Positions 38,285 through 64,000 of a stretch of 64,000 bases of DNA are shown here, one piece after another. The stretch's first letter is position 1, and each line of letters starts with the position of its first letter. Origin of the DNA: Phoronis australis (Eukaryota > Animalia > Phoronida); assembly GCA_002633005.1 (NCBI GenBank), contig NMRA01000034.1, positions 953,766-1,017,765 of the forward strand. The letters run 5' to 3'. A model generated the notes under the pieces. That model saw only the letters and a list, made by a program, of their open reading frames with translations. It was not told where the DNA came from and searched no databases. A program made the translations under genes and the position numbers.

Positions 38285-39429
38285 NTAAGTATATGAATAA
38301 CCTCAAGTTCACCCTTTTAAGTAAGAAAAAAGAACAAGGCCTAGTTATTCGTATTCATCAGGATTAATCATTTCTGACGCTTACAGATATCTTTGAATGC
38401 ACAATTCATTTTTATCAGTTCACAAAATCGTATCAACCGGACCATATTCTTCTGTTGTACATATGACAATTGTAAAACCTTGCTGCTTGAGAAATTCACA
38501 CATTTCAAATAGTTCTACCAACGGGCCGATCCCATGGATTCCCACGAATTGTAAATATTTTTGAAGTATTCAAGCATAGAATCACATGAGATGATACAAA
38601 AAATTACCCATTCCTGTCTTTCGACATCACCTCTCCCTTCTTGGAAACTTTTTTGAGCACCATACAAACTGTCGTCTTCGTCAAATTATTTCACTCACAA
38701 ACCATTTTACAGGCTGGATTTGTGAAACTCCACAGACAGTAAAGCGGCTGTAAACTCGCCATCCATAACAAAATAACAAATTTTGATCCCCTTACCGTTA
38801 TGAAATTGACCTCAAAGTGTTCCATAGATATGTCAAGTCAGAGGTGATCTCAGGAGAGATCTAGCAGTTTGTTATTGCTTGAGAACAGGGTCTACGAGTT
38901 GACTGTCGCGGGGTGATATGGTCTCAATTTTTAGCGTTTGTCGAGAGATCACCCACAATTTTGTAAATATCTCCGTGTTTAATTGTGCGAACGTTTGTGA
39001 GGGCTTTGACCCACAAACACTTGCTGACCGCCATTTTGTAATTGCCTGATGAGAACAGTAGTTCTCGTTTTAACGGCGGTCGATTGCAGCGCCCCTACAC
39101 TTTTTTCTTAATTAATTACTAACTGCCAGGTCTTTAGGAACTCGTTAGAAGAAATCAATACTGAGGCAGTAAGTGGCCATCTCGGACAACAAAACATAGT
39201 CCGAGATCTAAGTTAAAAATTGATGGACGGAGTGTGGGACTGATTCCCGTTTTCTGATTTATTAAAGGATTCACACAGCAAACAAATTGCCTCTTTGACA
39301 CCTGAAATGGATCTTCAATAAAACAAACATCCCTGTTAAAGTGACATTATTATCTGCGCTAGCAATGCGCATTGAAACCAGCACCACGCGAAGACGGATT
39401 CGAAACAACAACCACAGCGACAAATACAC

Positions 39430-39683
39430 AGGGTGTGTAAACGATTCTGTGGCCGCTCCCTCTAAATTCCAAATTCCCGAAACCCCGTCGGAACAACAAA
39501 CACCGAACCAGCGGTTCAAATTCCAAAATCCTCCCCCGTGACATCGTACTCGCGTCGACCAAATTCCATACCCGATGACCAAATTTCACACCAGCGGATG
39601 GGGTCTTGGGTTAAAGAGTGGGATATCAAATGGAAGGTGGAATTTAGAGACGCGGCCATCTTTGGAATCGTATCCACTACCTG
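39430..39683. mobile_element. MITE-like element with imperfect TIRs and internal AAATTCC repeats
   Basis: AACGATTCTGTGGCCGCTCCCTCTAAATTCCA versus TGGAATTTAGAGACGCGGCCATCTTTGGAATCGT, with several internal AAATTCCA motifs. Confidence 0.5.
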
Positions 39684-41152
39684 GCAGAAAGTTCCCAAGA
39701 CCCTTTTATAACTGGTGGTTTCTTCGAAGTACACAGCGTTTCCACAATAACGCTTACTTCACTAAAACCGGTTTCAAGTTTACAATTATAACGGTGAATA
39801 AGGTGGGGGTGAACTGTCGTCAATAGTAACGTCAAAAATACAACCAATGCCTATATCTTTTCAATATTAGCAACGACATTTTGAGACCGTGCATCAAACG
39901 AATTTCACTCTATTGGTGTTTAGTGTGCTAGAAACGAAAGACTAATTAGACCTACTTTCATAAAAACGGTCTTGTAATATTCCATACCGCTAGAAGATTT
40001 CATCTCCGTTACAAACTCAAGTCATAGGCAATACGTAAATGCACCATTTTTAAATTCGCAATATTATAGGGTTGGTGCCGCTGTTGGTTTCGATACACTT
40101 GTTGGTAACCGAAATTAATTATTACTACAACATAAAAATGGGACATGACTACAGAACACAGTGTAGAAATCTATATATAGCCTGACTTTGCATAGAGAAC
40201 AACTGACCGACTGCGTCTAATTGTTGATAGGCAAAGAGTTCCATGCAATCTTGCGTTCAAACATTCGAAGCTCCTTTGATAGCACGTTCACAATGAGAAA
40301 TTTCGTCTCGCAAGGTGAAGAACAACCTTACGAATTTTTGTACAGTCAATGGCTATATGAACGATTAATTGTGGAATATTTGTTCTGTTTCCGACGTATT
40401 TTTATTACTTCTGTTTTGCACAATTCTCACATCTTAAAACACAAATAGTTTGGCACGTGCACAGTGACATTGCCACGGTGTCAATAATTTGATTAGCGCC
40501 ACACTTGGCACCATCGAAAACATCTATTTAAAATTAGCATCGATTTCTTCGATTGCAATTTCTATGAATCGAGGTCAAACCAATTCTTGAGCTGCGTGTG
40601 CGTAATATGTTATTTTTAGCACTGGTAGCTGGCAACTGCAAACAAAAGAAAAATTATTGAGGACCCATGTAAGTTTTTAAACCCTGCTGGCACCCCCATT
40701 GACTAATGAGCGAATGTGACTTTTATTGCATAAACTCTTCACCTTCGCCTATGATAATTATCGCCACAACCATGACTGGTTTACCGCAGTTTTCCCATCG
40801 GGCGTCCAGTCTGTAAATGGTTTCTACGAAACGCCGTAGAGCAGGTGCCATGTTGTTGACAGTACTGATCCACACGTTCACGGATAACTTCGCATTTTAC
40901 CACGCTGAAAAAATGTAAAAGACCATGTTTGCCGACATCTGGTGCAGCCTGCCGGTTCGTGTGCAAATTCTCCCATGTGTGGTTTTTTACCTTTTACCAC
41001 AGCAAATAAAGGATATCAGGATATTTTCAATAGTATAAAAGCTTCAATGAGCACACTTTATTCTTAGGTGGATGCATAGACAAGTAGATATGTCTCTGTA
41101 CCGTAGATAATGCATCCACATGATGTACCGTTAGCCAAGCGAATACAAAAAG

Positions 41153-41223
41153 CTCGCTGGTTCCCTGCGTGTCCGCTAGGAGGAAAGGGACACCTTCTAG
41201 CGGACACCCAGGGAACCAGCGAG
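41153..41223. repeat. GC-rich 71-bp hairpin (mini-MITE-like)
   Basis: CTCGCTGGTTCCCTGCGTGTCCGCTAG...CTAGCGGACACCCAGGGAACCAGCGAG, a 27-bp stem with one mismatch. Confidence 0.8.
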
Positions 41224-41779
41224 ATCCAAAGTGGCCATGCAGTATCGTCATCTTTTGTGCAGATACGGAACTTTGTGATTCTTCAGAACAAGAGGTAAAA
41301 AAAGAATTCACTAATGGCTGCCGTGAAAAATCCTAGTTGTTTTCTGGTTTGTCGCTGTTATTTGTCTTAGCTCTTGTAAGTATATGGATATGTATGCAAA
41401 AACAAACTCTCTAAAATTTATTTGTGTCTAGAACAAACTTAATTTCATTTGAAGAGATGAAAAGGAGGAGAACACTGTACATCAAGGGACAATTCTTTGG
41501 AATGTTCTTTGTTTTTTTGTCAAAACCAGCGGCATATCGTAGCATCACTGGCAGTGTCCTGGAATTTCCCATCAGCAACACTTATGGTAGATTGTCTGCC
41601 AAGCTGGTCCTGCTTTTGGGAGGAGCATAACTCGTTTGCCTTTAGAATCTTGTGTGTGCTTTTCTGTTTCATGGTCCTCACCTTAGTTTGGTGCCACAAT
41701 AGAAAAATACATCCCAACAAGTCTTGAACTCAGGATCTTGTGCGAGTTAAGTGTCCAGATTGATCGGCCAAGACGCAAC

Positions 41780-42449
41780 CACAGGCGTCCTCAGCGTCTG
41801 ATCGTCCCCAATACACTACATATAAATACTACAAGGTATGACACTTCGGACTTGAAATTCCACGGGTGCTTCACTTCAGCCGTCCATAGCAAACATAAAA
41901 CTCAATAAATTTGCACAAAACAGGGGTTCGACAAACCATGAAGAATTGTTCTTTCTCCCAATACCATTCACGGTGTCCTGTTACGGCGACTTCGTAAGAA
42001 ATTCGCAGTCAAAGAACAAAAATATTCACAAAAAGCCCCCACACACGTTTCCCCTAGGCCCGTCGAGGTCAAGGACGGTACGGAAATTGCCGCTTTGTCG
42101 CGTAAAGTCACGATGTCGATACTTCCGTAACTCACCGGCAATTTCCGTAACCGTCCTTGACCTCGACGGGCCTAGGGGAAACGTGTGTGGGGGCTTTTTG
42201 TGAATATTTTTGTTCTTTGACTGCGAATTTCTTACGAAGTCGCCGTAACAGGACACCGTGAATGGTATTGGGAGAAAGAACAATTCTTCATGGTTTGTCG
42301 AACCCCTGTTTTGTGCAAATTTATTGAGTTTTATGTTTGCTATGGACGGCTGAAGTGAAGCACCCGTGGAATTTCAAGTCCGAAGTGTCATACCTTGTAG
42401 TATTTATATGTAGTGTATTGGGGACGATCAGAAGCTGAGGACGCCTGTG
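41780..42449. mobile_element. Young foldback (long-TIR) non-autonomous DNA transposon, 670 bp
   Basis: Arms 41780-42092 and 42136-42449 are reverse complements with one mismatch and one 1-nt indel seen, around a 43-nt spacer. Termini CACAGG...CCTGTG. The 8-bp TSD GACGCAAC lies at 41772-41779 and 42450-42457. Confidence 0.92.
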
Positions 42450-42994
42450 GACGCAACTGCCCTGTGCAAAGCTATTTGGAGAGGCTTTATTTGACTAAAC
42501 ATCACACCTGAACCGGAAACTCACCAGTGCAACAGATATCAATGTTTTTATTTTTTTATATTGCCAAAAATTAAGAACTGTTTATTCCATTAAATTCGAC
42601 ATACTCTGGCCATAAATCGATCCACGATAGTTGTATTGCAAACTTGTTCAAGTTCTTTAATTTTCATTCTTTCTGAAGGTGATGCTGTCCTTTTCTGATT
42701 TTGGTTTTGCATGGAGCAAGATTTCGAGTAAAACATAACTTCGTCATAATGCAGCAGAAAAGGTTAGGCAATGCCCAGATCATTTTTACGTACCCACATA
42801 TACATATGTGGGTACTCATTGCCTACGAAGCATCAATATACAAAAGATTTCCAGTCCACACTGACAGTGCTGGGCAACTCGACGCTTAGTTGCCATTTCT
42901 ACAACTTTTTGTGTTTACAGATGGTTGCTTTTAGTTTTATTCAGTTTATATTTTCTCTCATTCATTCTTTGACTGTCAGTATATTAAAGGCGAC

Positions 42995-60590
<17,596 letters not shown>

Positions 60591-61914
60591 TTCAACTTGT
60601 TTGTCAAGATACAAGATAATTCCCCTTTTTAAAACCCATAGCCCATTTTTAAGGTCATCAGCTACACATTATAAGAAAATGATTCCTCCAGAATTGGCAA
60701 GACTTCTTGAAACGCCACATTTGTCAACTGATGCTCCATTCTACATGACGTTTTAACAATTTTTCTTCTTTGGATGGAAATTACTAATTGTAGTATTGTA
60801 TCTGAAATGCATCTTGTAATTTACTAAAAAGTGGTTTTATTCTGTCTGTGTTTAAACTGGATTATGAAAATTTTGTAAAATACAAATCTTTGTAAGACTC
60901 GTTTCTTTGATTTCTTAGAAGTCATCTTGTTTTTTGACAAATCTCGTTTAATTGCACTGGAGTAACCCTTCTCAGAATTTGGTGGCGGCAACATTCTTAT
61001 TACAGAATAAGTTTTAAAACCTTACTATTTTTCCAGTCGATTCCCGTTCATTCTCAGTCAGCTGCAATAATGTGGAATTATGGGTCATTTTGTCTGCTTA
61101 CTTTTGGCATGTACTGTAGAAAGACATATTGTACGATTGCCTTTGTTTGGCCTAGATTTTGAAAGTTTAGGACATTAAACATTTCGAGCTGATGACAAGT
61201 AAAGAACGATGTCTCGTATTGCAACTCACTGTGTTCAGTAGTTTTCAAAATAAATTGGACAACCATGAAATTAGACTAAGTTTTGGGGCACAAAACCACG
61301 ATTAAATATGCATTATTTTTTACTTCAATCAATTTTAACTTACGAGATTAAATCTTGACAAAATCTCGACAAGTCTTGCTCCATGCACGTTGTTGAGATC
61401 GCGACAACTTACTGAGTGTGTAAGTCCATCATAAACCATAAGTTAGCTGCAGAGAGCAATAACGTCAAATTCCGATAAAGTTTTGACAAATCATTTTATT
61501 GTAACAAAAGTTCAATTACACAGCCAAATAATTCTGGCAAGGAGTTTATCAAAGTTTGCCCACGTCCAGCAGAGTTTGATCGTGTTATTGATACCGTTGT
61601 TTTGTTATCAATGAACCAATCTGTTTTGCTAAATTTTACTAAAAAGACTGTTATTCATGACAGATTAAAATAGTAAAAAAAATCAAAATTCTTCCAACTT
61701 TCAGAAAATATTTATTATATCTCTTAATAAAGTCCTGCATAACTTAAGTGCTTGAAATAGACAAGCTACAATACATCGACAGTTGTCATAAAACAAATTA
61801 CTTTTTCACTCGGAGTACCATGTGAATAGATGAGAATGCATAGTGAGGTAATTAAAAATAAGTGAAGCAAAATAACCACATTCTATAACAGAAAATCAGC
61901 TAATTTCCTACTAT

Positions 61915-62366
61915 TTAATCTTCCCTCACAGACCGTAAAGGCATTCTCATTAACAACGTCCATTTCTCATTTAACAATTCAATTCTTAAGAACTTTGTTG
62001 TTTCTGTTAATTGTATTTCTTTGCATGACTGACACTATGTAGCATGTGCTCATTACTACATGACATGTACTCAACACTCAACACTCGCTGCAATATATCA
62101 ACTCCATCTATGCTACAACTGGGAACATAACTATTCGATTCACCAGAAAAGAATGAGATTTTCAGGGAGTGACTCATATCGCCACCTAGCTGTGGCAGGA
62201 GGTACTTTGTCTTTGCAGCTGGTGACACAGGGGAACAGTTTGACTTTGTGAAAAGACCAATTTACAATGTAAGTGATTATACGCACACAGGAAAGGAAGT
62301 GCATTCGTGAGAAAGGAATGTTGTTAATGAGAATGCCCTTGTGGTCTGCAAGGGAGAAAGATTGAC
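61915..62366. mobile_element. MITE-like element with imperfect TIRs of about 55 bp
   Basis: TCCCTCACAGACCGTAAAGGCATTCTCATTAACAAC..TTTCTCA versus TGAGAAAGGAATGTTGTTAATGAGAATGCCCTTGTGGTCTGCAAGGGA. Confidence 0.65.
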
Positions 62367-64000
62367 ATCTCTGAAATCAAAATTTGCAACTATGATCAAT
62401 ATTAGTAATTGAGTTCAAAGTAAAACAACATGGGTTCTAGTAAAACTGATAAAACAAACTCTGTTTATCACCTTATGTGTTCATTTTAATACAAACATTT
62501 TATAAAATGTGATTAGTAAAGTAAAAATTGCATTGACAGTGCTAATTGCATCAACGAAACTGCTCAAATTCAGTTGACCATGCCCCAATGTTAAAACTTG
62601 TAGTAATAATACAGATAAAGCCGCATTTCGCCCTATTAAGCAGTCAATAAATTCTTAACTGAAGCACTTTGGGGTTTAAAAACATTACCATGCTCTTCAG
62701 ATCTTGAATTATATCGGAATGAGTTGGCAACTTGAATTAGTCAATGCGTACATGCGCCATTCAACAGCTTGCAAGTTTAGGCTTAATCGACTTCAATAAG
62801 CATTTTCTTGAGTCGCTGATGGTTTCGTTGTTCATGTTGGTAACCATGGTAACTGAATTGGCATCCTACCATGGTAAGGAACATTGTGAGAGTAAAAGGC
62901 ATAATTCGACTTTCACTTTATAGCTAGCTGTGGTAAGTAATCCAAAATCTCAAATTTGGCAGATATTTCGTTCCGCAATTAAAATCTGCAAATAACATTA
63001 AAGATACATAATACATCACAGCATAGTTTCATTGACAGAAAGTTGTGCTCAAAGTAATTTGTGCGCCATGTTATGTTGGGAAGTAAACTATGTTAACTAC
63101 ACAATTAAGCTTAATACAGTTTAAATAAAGGGGTATGTTGCCCTTTTGAATGCATCTATAATAAATTTGAAATATTCTATTTAATATGAACCGTATTTTT
63201 AACTATTTACCTGATTTCTATAAAAATGAAATGAATAAAATTAATTTCAGAAAACCGAAGCCACTGATTCAGTGAACGAGTTCCGAAAATGTCCACCGCT
63301 GAGAGAAAGCTTTGCTCTCTCACTTTTCTGTTCTTCCAGCTAACCCTACAGAGATGACCAGTCCCAGCCCCAGTACATAACAAATTGCAATTACACTTAA
63401 GCACTGATATACAGGAACTGTAAAACCTCACCAATTTAGGACACGACATGGCAGACAAGTGAAATCTTATTTTCACATTTTTCTCCATAAAGATACATAG
63501 CACCAAATCCAAGTTAATTTACTACCAGATAGTAGTTTGAAAAATTGTCCATTCACTACGATGTTATAAGACCTTGAAAATTGAAAACGATGCAATTTGA
63601 CAATCAATTATTTCTGTCCGAAATTGGTGAGATTTTACCATTATACTAACTCCAATTCACAAACGATACAGCTGATCAGGCAGGCAGTGTTTGTAGGGAC
63701 CTATTGGATCACAATGCCATACTTCTGGTGTGAAAAAAAAATCCATTAAATTGTTCGGTTTTATCAAAATCAACTAAAAGATTCAAAACATCTTCCAGAG
63801 TAAGTACTGACCAAACACGCCATAAGAAGCCAACATTCCCATCAAATCACAATAATATTTGACGTATCAAATAAAACAATTGCCTAAATAAATAAAAATT
63901 ATTTCATCTTAGACATATCCAAATAAGAAACTGTAAAACAACTCTTTCATGATTACTTCCACAGTGATCATTCATCTTGTATTGCACACAGAATATTTAT

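Noticed and set aside
41946-42283. Pair of mirrored 85-aa ORFs suggesting a toxin/antisense or duplicated gene
   Set aside because: They are a direct consequence of the palindromic element, start at TTG, and have no recognisable domain.

Overview
Eukaryotic genomic DNA from an animal, probably an invertebrate (draft assembly with N gaps at 3632-4198, 32776-32855, 38285 and 51526-51736). Three intron-containing genes on the + strand could be reconstructed by hand, each with consistent splice phases. (1) A BAMBI-like TGF-beta/BMP pseudoreceptor: 3 coding exons, 10486-27896, 288 aa, with a 14.2-kb first intron. (2) A PhyH-family Fe(II)/2-oxoglutarate dioxygenase with bacterial-looking motifs: 5 exons, 32055-37659, 275 aa. 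(3) The DEAD-box helicase DDX42: 17 coding exons, 42995-60590, 749 aa, with one GC-AG intron. Non-coding DNA is rich in non-autonomous DNA-transposon derivatives: a Kolobok-like element with a decayed THAP domain and a convergent second ORF, a nested hAT-like element, a near-perfect 670-bp foldback with an 8-bp TSD just upstream of DDX42, and many small hairpin MITEs. The most unusual pattern is that several DDX42 introns begin with decaying tandem 'echo' copies of the preceding exon end or splice donor. Most short ORFs in the supplied track are spurious. No RNA gene or CRISPR array was found. All homology calls come from motif recognition, not database searches.
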